This document shows positions 50,421 to 62,725 of a stretch of 64,000 nucleotides of DNA, in pieces. The stretch is from Octopus sinensis. Lineage: Eukaryota. The stretch spans positions 97,588,001-97,652,000 of the forward strand of contig NC_042999.1 in assembly GCF_006345805.1 (NCBI RefSeq), read 5' to 3'. The first letter of the stretch is position 1. Every line of letters begins with the position of its first letter. The position numbers and the translations under genes were made by a program. A model generated the notes under the pieces. That model was given only the letters and a program-made list of their open reading frames with translations, was not told the DNA's origin and made no database searches.

Positions 50421-52859
50421 ATATATATGTGCTTTTTAATTTTTTTCTCATAAAATTAAACCAATTCAAGTTGTAACAAGATTATACAAGTTGAAGGCTT
50501 GTATTTCAGGACTAAGAAATCAAAGGTAAAGTACAAACCATTGATGTGTATTATTTCATACAACCTACACTATTTTGACTTTATAAAAAAAAGAAAAACA
50601 TTCAAATATAAATCCATGCATTGGCCTCCTTGGGTTATTTCCCTTAATTCTTTATTTTTAATTATACAAATTACCCTTGGCCAAAAACATAGCTAATCCT
50701 TTTCTATAAGTAAAAATTAAATTTCTGTTTTGTAAGTGAAGTGATGCTATAATATGCTGATGAGGTCCAATAGACTAACATATACACTATGATCCCTTGC
50801 TTGCAACAAACATCACATTGACCTTCTCCAAGCATGTAAGTTAAATTGAGAATTTATTATTGATATTTTGAAATTATTTCTCCTCGAGAATCACTAATGA
50901 TTACCTCCAGCATTTTGTTTTGTCTTCTACTCAGGGAAATTTCAAAAAAATAAATAATTTACTTTGCATGATATTCAGTACATCATCTTTTCATTAATAA
51001 TTAACTCCATTGGATCATTTAATTATTTCATTTATATATAGCTGTCTGATGACATCACCCTGCCTGGATGCTGTTACATTTACCAAAAGTGAATAAAGAG
51101 GATAATTTTTCTCATATACATACATCATCGTCATCATTTCATGTTCTATGCAGCATGGGTTGGATGGTTTGACAGGATCCGATGGATCCAAGGACTGCAG
51201 CACATTTTACAGCATGTAGGGGGTGATTTTCTCATGCCACCAGCACTATTGACGACACCATAAAGCTCATAAGTCTATGAACCCCAAGGGAGGGGATGAT
51301 TGGTTTTATACTAGGGGATGAGTGGTTAAAGTATGAGAGAAGTGGGGAAGAAGAGCAAATCCTTGTAGAAGAGCTGCATGGTTAAAATACACGTACATGC
51401 AGGGAGGCAAAGTGGCTGAGATCTTTAGCATCATATCATGCTTGAGAAAACCTATCAAGCTGAGCAAAATGCACAGTTGTGGCAGACACTGGTGTCACAC
51501 AAATGGCACCTGTGCTGGTGGAATGTAAAAGCACCCATTATGCTCTCGGAGTGGTTGGTGTTAGGAAGGGCATCCAGCCATAGAAAACCATGCTAAATCA
51601 GACTGGAGTCTGGTGCAGTATGCCAGCCTGGCCAAACCATCCAACCCATGCCAGCATGGATAACAGATGTTAAATGATGATGATGAACAGGCTTCACACT
51701 ATTTCTGTCTACAGAATTCTATACACAAGGCATTGATCAACTGAAAGGTATGGAAGAAGACAGTTGCCCAAGGTACTCCACAGGAGAACTGAACCTAGAA
51801 CAAGGATTTTCTACTAGAAAGGACTTCAGAATGCTGAATGGTAACATCCAATGATCTTGGTAGGATTTGAATTCAAAATATAAACTCATATAACTACCCA
51901 CCATAAAGTAGTAATTTGTCTGACATCCTACAAATTTTGCCATCCTCTGGTCTTTGCTAAAAGAGATTTCTAAGACACATACAAAGCCAAGCATTTGGAA
52001 GAATGAACAACAGATTAAATTTACTCCAATACTTGACTGGTACTTATTTTTTCATCTCCAGAGGGACAAAAAGGCAAAGTTGATTTTGGCTAGGATTCAA
52101 ATTCAGTACATAGAAACAAAGACCATTTTTTCCAGTACCCAACAGAATCTGCCATCCATAGATAATAATCTTTTCTACTCTAGGCACAAGGTCCAGAATT
52201 TTTGGGGAGGGGGCCAGTCAATTAGATTGACCCCAGTATGTAACTAGTACTTAATTTATTGACCCCGAAAGAATGAAAGGCAAAGTCGACTTCAGCAGAA
52301 TTTGAACTCAGAACGTAACAGTAGACGAAAAACCACTAAGCATTTTGCCAGGCGTGCTAACGTTTCTGCCAGCTCACTGCTTTAGCCATTGATAGTAATG
52401 AAATAAGACAATCAAGATGACATACCAGTTTTACAAAAGGACACAGAAAATGCAATTCTGAATTCCTTGTACACATAAAAAAAAAAAAAAAAGGATGGTC
52501 AAAGCTGGATTATCTTTGATCTTAGGTTTGCTTAATTAGAGCTGACCTGAGGCTGAACAATAACAACAATAGACTTAATTTTTATGCATGATGTTATTTA
52601 TAAAGAAATAAAATAAAAGTAAATATGTAGTTTTCAAATTGTTTGTTTTTTCACATTTTATTTACAAAAAAATAGATAATTTCAAGAGATTTAAATTCTT
52701 CTTGTTACCAACATGAGTATTAACTGAAATGGCTGATATTGTTCACTGTAAATATTCATCTCCATATTTTGTAAGTAAAACAAAGAAACTCTGGTTTTAC
52801 TCAACAAGACTCCCAACTGAAGCTAATGGAAGGCTTAACAGAATGAACAGATGTTGATA

Positions 52860-52930
52860 TCAATCCTTTGGATGAAATTTACCATGATTATTTCTTCCAT
52901 TTTCCAGCTCTTCGACCAGTTTTTTCCCCC
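52860..52930 (-). CDS. Candidate terminal coding exon of TMEM141 (GGKKLVEELENGRNNHGKFHPKD*)
   Basis: Phase-1 acceptor tgtaaatcag|GG is open to TGA at 52860. AATAAA follows on the minus strand at 52657-52662, then a T-rich tract. An alternative acceptor at 54102 gives EVEEC*. Confidence 0.3.
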
Positions 52931-53300
52931 CTGATTTACAGTAACAAGTGTGAGTGTTATTGCTGTGGTTCACCTTTCTGAGAGTTTATTATCAACAGCA
53001 TATGAAGACATATGTAAGAATGTGTTATGCTGTTGATAACTGTCAAGTGGGCAAGAAAACTTATAAACGACATAGGTTACACCTGTATAAATTCTTATAA
53101 ATGACATATTAACATTTTTGCTACTGTATCTGTGTCGAGATTGATATGACTAAGTCAGTACCAGTCATTCAGCTGAAGGGCTGAAGATTCATAACTTATC
53201 ACTGATGTTGCACTGTGGACATGGCCAAGATAGTTTGCTGTACTCAATGGTACAGATGAGTATTTCCTACAAAATAAGCAGCAGCAGTAGCATAGCAACA

Positions 53301-53503
53301 TTAACCCTTTAACATTTGGATTATTCTGTCAAATGTAATGTTTATTTATTCACCTTGTCTTATAGCTTTCAGATTTTTATGAGGTACCTGTTGTTTGAAT
53401 GATATTGTGGGGTAGGTATGAGGGACAAAATCTGGCCAGTTTAAACATAAAACAGGTAAAATATTTTGGCCAGATATGGCCAGTCTAAATGCTAAAAGGT
53501 TAA
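53301..53503. mobile_element. piggyBac-type MITE (TTAA target)
   Basis: ttaa-ccctttaacattt ... aaatgctaaaagg-ttaa. Confidence 0.65.
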
Positions 53504-55169
53504 TGTTTTTTTTTGTTAAGTGAGAAGTGCTGCATTCAACTCAACTCTTCCTGCGGGTGTAACAAAAAGTGATGTTGACCAAGTGTACCACGACTCTGAC
53601 CATAATCTCTGTTGACCTTCAGATATGAAAATGAAAGGTTTAGGTTTGCATCTTATTTAGTATATTTTTACATAATAAATGGCATGGCAATGATATCGTT
53701 TAGTGCCTTTTTGAGTGTGTATTTCTCAATCTTACAATCAAAGCCTATCTATATATCCTTTCTCACAGAAAAAGAAGGGAAATTGTGCCACATTATTTCA
53801 TTCTTCACAGCAACTCAACTTCTTCAATGGATTGGTTCCTTTCTGCTGATGCACAACACCATCAGTTTCTTCAGATTCTGCATTTTACTCCATATTTACA
53901 TCTTAAGATGAGGGTACCCAAGGTTTGAAATTTTTTAAATGCATCATTAGCTTTATCATACAAAATTGAAATTGCCAAGTGGATTGTCAGTTAAAGATGT
54001 TAATTCCAAATCCAATGTATACTTCATTTAATCAGCTTTTTTACCACCTCTTTCAGCAACATCTTTTAGTTCTCTACATGCACTTTCAGCATTCCTCTAC
54101 CTCTATCACACAAAAAAACAAAACAGAATGATTCTTCACAATACAGGTCACACACACAAACACAATGTGTTGTAAATATTTCAAAGCTACACATATGCAA
54201 CTAGGAGGACTGAAAGAGAGAAAAATCTCAGATGCACACACATATACTCAATCACATATGATGTGTGGTTTATGAGTATTTATGAAGTATTCACCCCACT
54301 TTGCCAATGTAATGAATATGGGTAATTACAAGAACCCATCAGAGAAACTATATAATTAAATAGAAAATGTTTTAGGATAATTTCTTACACAGGTACAAGG
54401 CCAGAAATTTGGAGGGAGGGGAACAGTTGGTTATATCAACCCCAGTACTCGACTGGTACTTTATTCTATCGACAACAGTAATAGTAATCAGATTGTTGCT
54501 GATCCAGTTAGTAAAAACACTCAGAAACATAACATGCGTTTGTATGACTTGGGTCTTCAATAATAGTATCAATGACTATCCTGGGTTAATTTCTCTGCAA
54601 TTAGAAGAATAAAAAAAACATCATCATTATCATCATTGTCATTGTCATTCTCATCACAACAATCAATTCTATTCTAGTGCTATGCTATTACTTCACACAA
54701 TACATTCTGGCTAACATATACCCACTCCACACAACGTCTTCCCTGCCATGTTATAACTCTCACAACATATTTTGATTGTTATAATTTATCCACTCAACAT
54801 ATTCTAACTTCCACACCACCTCAACTCTTCCCATCAAGATACCCTGGCCAGTTACCACACTACACAATCCACACAATATAACCACATTGTCAGGCTGTAA
54901 CCCCACCCAATACACTTGTCTTACAAACAATGAACTGACACTTTCATACTAAATCGAATACCACCACCACCACTAACAATGGCAAAATGAAGCATACACC
55001 TCAGTATATGCATGTGCATCACTACCAAACGTTCAATCAAATACTATCCTCTGGACATAGCTTTGTTCAGGTAAGAACTATTTGGTGGTGGTGGCGGTGG
55101 TGATGGATTAGGAAGGGAAGAGGCACTCTACATCAACATCATCAACAATAAATAAATAAATGTAATTAC

Positions 55170-55361
55170 CAGATTCTGATGTAGTTACAGGTTGTTTCTC
55201 TTCAAGGGACACCCACATTTGCTGACAAAGTCTGGTGTTGTGCTGAGTTATGAAATAACCTGACAGACATCCGAGAAAGACAGGAGCCAGTAAAAATCCA
55301 TTCCTACCAAAAGGGAGTTTTGATCTCATCAATTCTTGAGCAATGTAAATGCCAGAGGCCA
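55170..55361 (-). CDS. TMEM141: TMEM141 homolog, exon 3 (ASGIYIAQELMRSKLPFGRNGFLLAPVFLGCLSGYFITQHNTRLCQQMWVSLEEKQPVTTSES)
   Basis: Acceptor ttattccacag|TG (phase 1) and donor TCT G|gtaatt; 192 bp. Hydrophobic helix plus GxxxxYxxTxxxxxxCxxxWxxLE, as in TMEM141. Confidence 0.87.
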
Positions 55362-55852
55362 CTGTGGAATAAATGCAATAAAATAACAAATAGAGTTAAA
55401 TGTGTTAAATATTTTATTTATTTAATTTTTCTCCACTTTGCAACTTGCAGTCGAAAATGTGTAACATACTTATATGAATTATAGGCGTGGATGTATGCTT
55501 AAGTTCACTTTGCTACTGTATGGTTACAAGTTAGAAGCCAATGTATAGTACAATAGTATCTTTGTCAAGTGTCTCTTACCAAAGCCTCCTTGGGTTGACT
55601 AATTCCTTGTGAATAAAATTTGGTAATACAGTTCTATATTTGAGAGATGAGGAATTATGTACATTATTTACATTTGACGGATATTTGTCCTCATCTTCTT
55701 TGTTGTTAACACAACGTTTCAGTTGATATACCCTCCAGCCTTCACCTGGTGTCTTGGGGAAATTTTGAACCTGGGTTCTCATTACTAAGGTATTTTTCGA
55801 TGTTATTATTATTAGATTTATAAGCCCTAAAATTCACTCTATAATTGCCCAC

Positions 55853-56085
55853 AGGCATATGGCATAGTGGTTAAGAGCGCGGGCTACTAACACCAAGATT
55901 CCGAGTTTGATTCCAGGCAGTGACCTGAATAATAATAATAATAACATCAAAAAATACCTTAGGAATGAGAACCCAGGTTTGAAATTTCCCCAAGACACCT
56001 GATGAAGGCTGGAGAGTATATCAGCCAAAACATTGTGTTAACAACAAACAAGATGAGGACAAATATCCATCAAATGTAAATAATG
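55853..56085 (+). mobile_element. tRNA-headed SINE-like element carrying a hammerhead-like core
   Basis: A box tggcatagtgg (55860-55870), B box-like gagtttgattcc (55903-55914), (aat)n, then CTGATGA-A-GGCTG/CAGCC-AAAAC. Related copies lie on the minus strand at about 55640-55815 and 850-958. Confidence 0.7.
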
Positions 56086-57139
56086 AAATTTGGTAGATAG
56101 AAACCAGATGAAAGCCCTTAGTTGATATATATATAATCATCATCATCATTGTTTAACATCTGTTTTCCATGCTGGCATGGGCTGGATGGTTTGACTGAGG
56201 TCTGGAGAGCCAGTGGCTGCACCAGGCTCCAATCTGTCAATCTCTATTATTGTTTATGTCAGTTTTTTTTTTTTTATTATTGGTATGGTTTTATTGGTTG
56301 TAGCTCCTTCATAGTAGCAACCACTTTACAGCTTGGAACAGGCATATTTTACCATGTCACTAGCACAAAAGAAAGGTTATTGTTAGGACTAAAATATCTG
56401 GCGGTGTTTCTACAGGTGGATGCCCTTCCTAATGCCAACCACTCCGAGAGTGTAGGGGGGTGATTTTTATGTGCCACTGGCACAGGAGCCAGTCAGGCGG
56501 GCCTGGCATCGACCACATTTGGATGGTGCCTTTTATGTGCCACCAGAATGGGGGCCAGCCAGGGGGCACTGGCCACAGCTGCGATTTTGGTTTTACTTGA
56601 CTCAACAGGTCTTGTATATATATGTGTGTGTAGAGAGAGAGAGATAGAATTAGGTTTAAATTAAATTTAACACATTAGACATAGGCTTGTAAAGAAATGA
56701 GGATCTAACTATTTCTGACAAATATAAATGGACAGAATCTAAATAAAATAAGGGAAGTCTTATGACCTTTCAAAAACTAGAACTTAATATCACATTAACT
56801 AGAATTCAGGGTGGTGGGGCTATGAGGGTTTTTTTTTCTTAGGAAAGTATCCAAGAGATATTTACTGTACCTCCTTGACTCTCTGGAGCCTCAACCTATA
56901 TACCAGCCAGATGAATCCCTCTTATAAGCCCTGTCTGTTTCAGGATAGCATGTTGCCATTTGTGGTCCTACACCATCTGATACACAAACTAGCATAAACA
57001 ATAATAGAGATTGACAGTCTTTTCTTTTGTTATGTGTATCAGATGGTGTAGGACCACAAATGGCAACATGCTATCCTGGAATAGGCATATTTTACCATGT
57101 CACTAGCACAAAAGAAAGGTTATTGTCAGGACTAAAATA

Positions 57140-57390
57140 TCCTGTCATCAATGTTCCCTGCCTAGAAAATCTTGTACCTGTGTTCTTTGCCTGTGAGGAA
57201 CCTAGCAGAACTTCCTCTCCACCTTTCTTCTTGGATGCAGCACAAATCTACATGTCTCTGTTCAAGCATCTCAACAATCTCACCAGACCTACCTTTCAGT
57301 GTGCTCACACTGAGTGTGCCAAGCCTGAGGGTGTGGGAGGTGTGGGCCTGTGAGACCCTGGGATGGGGGACAGCGGCGTCATGTACCTGA
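57140..57390 (-). mobile_element. RTE-clade LINE 5' fragment (APE endonuclease N-terminus)
   Basis: LRLGTLSVSTLKGRSGEIVEMLEQRHVDLCCIQEERWRGSSARFLTGKEHRYKIF. Confidence 0.8.
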
Positions 57391-58244
57391 AAATAAAGCT
57401 CGCATTTGGTAGAATTCATAAACAAACAATAGCTTTCAACCTGCATACACTACACCATCATTTTTATGTGCTATATGATCACTACATTACATAGGAAATA
57501 AACCCTAAGTAGAGGTGGGGATGGCGTTAAGCCTTTAGAAATGTTCATGGGAGACAACCAAAGGATGACAGAGGATAGTGACTTCCGGTACAGGTGGTGG
57601 GGATCAGCGGGCATACCGCGAAATAGCAAAATTAGAGAAGAGCATCTTCTGGATTCGTATTCTTTCGGCAGAGTTATTAAAATGCAGTAGGGGAATCTGA
57701 GTGCTTGCGCTAGTTTATATCGGGTGGGGTGGCGGAGGAGGGGGAAGTGTTGGCGAAGCAAGTGATTATTGAAAGAAAGAGAGAGAGGAGGCTAGAGTTA
57801 GGCTAGTCAAGGATTGAACACGAGGGAGAAAAATATTCTTCTGGGATTTTGGGTAACATAATTTAATGAAACAGCAAATGCTGATAATAGTGAAATAGAA
57901 TTGAAAAATCTTAGAATTTTTAGTCAGCCAATCTGTGACAAAATTAGAGAAATAAGTGACGATGTGACACAGTTGAATAAATGAATAGGTGATGAATAGT
58001 AAATACAAGTGAAGGAACCTAAGTTTGTTTTAAGACAACAGCGAGGAAGACAAAACTATGTTTACATGGTAATGAAATAGATAGAATAATGAAAGGAACT
58101 AATAAGGGGTTTATGATCTGCACAATACACGTGTGTATGTTATCTATGGATATATGTATTTAAATATCTATATGTACAGTAGAAAACCTATATTTATGGT
58201 ACAAGTAGTGTAGGCATCACACACAAACACACTCACTCATAATT

Positions 58245-58275
<31 letters not shown>

Positions 58276-58351
58276 CATACACATACATTACAAGAATTCC
58301 ATTTTCCTTTTCAAATAATGAAATTAGAAATAAATTGAAACTGGTTCTTAC

Positions 58352-58418
58352 TTGCCAGAAATGTGAGTGACCCAAGAGTAAAAGCTCTGTTCTGACACTG
58401 CGCATAGGTACGGAAGTG
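58352..58418 (-). CDS. TMEM141: TMEM141 homolog, exon 2 (HFRTYAQCQNRAFTLGSLTFLA)
   Basis: Acceptor ctttgtcattacag|CAC and donor GCA A|gtaag; 67 bp, phase 0 to 1. YAQCQNRAF matches the TMEM141 YAACQSHAF motif. Confidence 0.87.
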
Positions 58419-61400
58419 CTGTAATGACAAAGAAATTTGGATGAGAAACTGAAACAGAAGGGAAACACATGACAATCCTGTCATCATTATCATCAGCATC
58501 ACTATCATCATCACGACCATTCTCACAGAGGCAATGATTGAGATCATTGGCATTATGCTGTGCTTGAGAAGAAGGACCCATCAAGCAGAGCAAAATCAGT
58601 CATGGAAAATAGCACCTGTGCAAGTGGCATGTAAAAGCACCTATTACACTCTCAGAGTGGTTGGTGTTAGGAAGGGCATCCAGCTATAGTAAACTATACC
58701 AGATCAGACTGGAGTCTGGTGCAGCTTTCCGGCTTACAAGCCCTGGTCAAACCGTCAAACCTATGCCAGCATGGACAACAGACTTTAAATGATGATGATG
58801 ATTTCATCATAAATAACATTGTTGTTTCATCACTGTTTTACTGTTTACTCATCATTACCATTATCACCATCATAATAATCAATCAACCTCATCATTATCA
58901 TCATGTTTGTTTTTATTGTGTTGTATCAGTTCCTGAGAATCAAAAGTGACCACATCAATAAGATACCATCCTATAAAGTAAAGTAGGGTGAGACATATCT
59001 TTCAACTCCTTCCATTTGCTCTGTGTTCAGGGCCAAGAAGACACTTTACACCTAATGGCTGACACCACCTACCTATAAATAAGAAACAAGAGGCTGTATT
59101 AGCAGGTGTGCTGTGTATTATTGAAGACTGACTTATTACCTTACAAGAACGAGTTCCCTTATCTAGTTGAAAGATATAGAATACTCTACCAAGCTGATTT
59201 GTTAACAGTAATTATCTTCTAAACCTCAACAGGTTTTCAAAAGCCATGATTAGCTTTCATTTTATGATATTGTACACAGGATTTTAAAACATCTTGGACA
59301 GAATACCTCTTTTACTGCAGGTAACATTCCCAAGTAATCTGATATTTATTTCTAGTGACAGTTATATATGAATCTACAAACACAAAATATCTGTGGTTTA
59401 TCGGAACTTGAGTAGGTAGTATAACTTATTCTTTCAACCATCTCACCTCTTATTCTAAATACACAACTATCTTCAGTGGTATTACAACCAATCAATGGAT
59501 CACATAAGTGTAATACTACCTTACATCTTCCTTCCCATACTAGCATGGGTGGATAGATTTTATTTGAGCAACTGATTGCTTTCTATAGCTGGATGTTGTT
59601 CCAACTACAAACCATTTAACTATAGTCATAAAACCTGGTTCAAGCAAACTGAAGCAAACAGTTATGATGATTGCCTAACAACTGTTAAAATGATGATTTC
59701 CATTACACAACATGTACATAAACCAAAGTTTACATTAAAACATACTGATAGTTTTTGAGATTTGTATCTGAGGAATTCGGTCCATTCAGTTTGTGAAAAT
59801 TACAATTAAAAACAATTTATTTTTTCAAACTGGAGATTGTAGGGACAATCTCATCCTAGTTATCTTTCACTGAACAGATTTTGATACAACGGTAACTACA
59901 TAAATGAGAATTTCAGTTAGTATTACAAGTTTAGATCAATATATTTTTAGTTATGTCATTTAGCTTGAGATTGGTCCTGTTCAAACATACTTATGATCAA
60001 AGACGCTCTAGCCATGATCATCTCATGTTTTTATATGATGATGATATAGAATGACCTGAGTTAGAAATGGATTTGAGAACTAGTTGTAACGAATAATATC
60101 TGAGCTGAAGAGCCGTCCCCACTATGACATGTTCAAACAAATGTCAAAATAATGATTACACAACATGCACATGTTTTATTCATATCAACATAAACCAGGG
60201 GGTCGGGAAATTGGCCAGTCTCGACTCCTGGGGATTTGTGTGACTATCCAAGGAATCAATAAACACCTGATATGAGTTTGAGCATTAAAGGTGATAAATT
60301 ATTTGCACCCTGAATCTGGAAGAACACAATAATTTAAGGTTAAAACTCTCAAATTTCCAGCCAATTATAGATACAATAACTAGTAATATTTCACATATCA
60401 ATATAATGAGACTGAATTTTTTAAAAGCAAATACAGTATGATTTCAGGGAAATTTGGCTGCTTTTTTTAGCAAGTCACGGGACCATACAGAAGCTCCCAT
60501 CATCATCTTGGCTGTAGGATGAATAACAGTCCTAAAGTCAAGGACTTAATACATTTCATTGCAAAATTTATGCTAGATTAAACTGGGATGTTAGATTTTG
60601 TAGGTTCCGTGTAATGTAGTTGATGTTCGGTGACTATTCCTGGATAGAATTTTATCTATCGTTACCATTTCCCTAGTTAAGATAAGCTGAGATTATGGAA
60701 TGTAAAATGCAAGGTCTTTGTCCGAAAACAGAATGAAAGATTTGCAGTGGGAAATTTTATACACACACATTAGAGTTGACTGGGATTTCAAGTTTCACTT
60801 TAATGGCTTTTTTAGTTGTTCGTTATTATTTTTTTTAACCAGTCTTGTTGAACATAAGCTGTTAAAGTGAAAAATTAGAAGTCTCGGTCAACTTTGTATG
60901 ATTGATAACCTTGACTCTATAATTCCATTACCATTTGTCATCTATTTTTTTTTTAGTACTAATCAAATTTCAAATTTTGATTGTATGGGTTACGAAGTAT
61001 CCGTCATAGGACAATCAATCCCATTGACTTCGGATCAAGAAATGAGGTTTATGGCTACCCACTAGAACAGTTGAGGCTAAACAACGGCCAAGAGAAAAAT
61101 AATCATTAATTTTTTTTTTTAATAGTGCAACTAGCCTGATGATGAGTTTGTGTCTCATGCGGCCCGCTTCTAGTAGATAAAAGGTTGCCCCCAAAACATC
61201 AACGCCGTAAATAAGCCCATCTCGATGCTTAGTGTCCAGAAAAAATATACATGTATTGTCCTTTTTATTTGAGTAGGAATCGTAAATGGCTTTCTGAGAC
61301 AATATATATAAGATCTATTTGTATATGTACTGGTATATTAATGTGTTTCAAAATCAATGCGTGTAACCTGTTATATAAACAAACCAGATACGTTACACCT

Positions 61401-61505
61401 GATGAATATTTCTTTGTAGCATATTCGAAAATAACTTTGTCAGTTTTTACGCTGTTTTGTTGATGAAACTAATTCGAATTAAAATAAAAGAGTCAGAAAT
61501 CTTAC

Positions 61506-61568
61506 TGGGTATTTCTCGGACACTTCTTCGGCAATAACTTCTTTACTTCGAAGCTGATGTACCCCCAT
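61506..61568 (-). CDS. TMEM141: TMEM141 homolog, exon 1 (MGVHQLRSKEVIAEEVSEKYP)
   Basis: ATG at 61568, 63 bp, donor CCA|gtaag in phase 0. The peptide parallels the TMEM141 N-terminus (..AVAAKHP) as I recall it. Lies in a CpG-retaining region. Confidence 0.8.
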
Positions 61569-61869
61569 ATTCAATCAAAACAACACAGGCCTTTCTTGAT
61601 GTTCAGTATATATACTATTTAACTACACCGTATGATTTAAGAGTATTAAGCGCACGATCCTACATCGAACTGAATAGCATTTCATTGATTTATTTTATCA
61701 CCCTTTTATCTTTTCAAGATTTAGTTTATAGATATTGTATAGACAACATTCAAAGATATTGTATAGACAACATTCAAACCCTCATTTATAAATCTAGGGT
61801 AAGATCGCCAATCTAGGTAATATATGTAATCGTAACCAAAGACATTACGGTAGAGCCCATCTAGACTTT

Positions 61870-62071
61870 ACACACACACACACACACACATAAACACACA
61901 CACACATGTACATACGTCAACATATACATGGCAACACCGTGGGCGAATACACATACACAGAGGAACTGTACCATATTTTTTTTTTCGGATCTTAGGACAG
62001 CAGCAACACAATGGGATGTGAGAATGGGCCTGAGGGGAAGGCCACATTGCTGCTAAAAACTATGACACACG

Positions 62072-62111
<40 letters not shown>

Positions 62112-62320
62112 AACACACACACACATGTACATACGTCAACATATACATGGCAACACCGTGGGCGAATACACATACACAGAGGAACTGTACCATATTTTTT
62201 TTTTCGGATCTTAGGACAGCAGCAACACAATGGGATGTGAGAATGGGCCTGAGGGGAAGGCCACATTGCTGCTAAAAACTATGACACACGCACGCACACA
62301 CACACACACACACACACAGA
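61870..62320. repeat. Tandem duplication, 219-bp period, bounded by (CA)n
   Basis: taaacacacac...aaaaactatgacacacgcacgc starts at 61891 and again at 62110. Confidence 0.92.
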
Positions 62321-62660
62321 AATACATGCTCACATAAGGATCTTAGAACAAAATTGAGTAAATGGAGCGAAAACACACACAAAAACGAAAAGTGTCGCTG
62401 AAGAGGTCATAGATGTGTGACGAAAGATTTCCAGACAATGGACACGAATTAAAAAAAAAATTAATATACGAGTGAAGGAAAAACATAGTGCAAGTGTTTA
62501 TTTGGCAAGAAAAAAATGACCGTCCTGAAACACAACAATATATATGAGTATACATTGTCTGGGAGACTCTTCTTATAGTAGGAGAAATAGCTAAATTCTT
62601 TGGCGGTTATATAAAGTTATGTATATAGGTAATATATACGTATATATGCATATCTATCTA

Positions 62661-62725
<65 letters not shown>

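Noticed and set aside
50751-50783. atatg-CTGATGA-ggtc-caata-gac-taa-catat hammerhead-like string
   Set aside because: Lacks GAAA and helix III; at most a dead remnant.
60035-60108. C/D-box snoRNA-like motifs (ATGATGA...CTGA...CTGA)
   Set aside because: Antisense to the TMEM141 host intron, no terminal stem, no recognisable rRNA guide, and ATGATGA is common in this microsatellite-rich DNA.
61125-61253. H/ACA-like arrangement (hairpin, AGATAA, later ACA)
   Set aside because: The second hairpin is poorly formed and it is on the strand opposite to the host gene.
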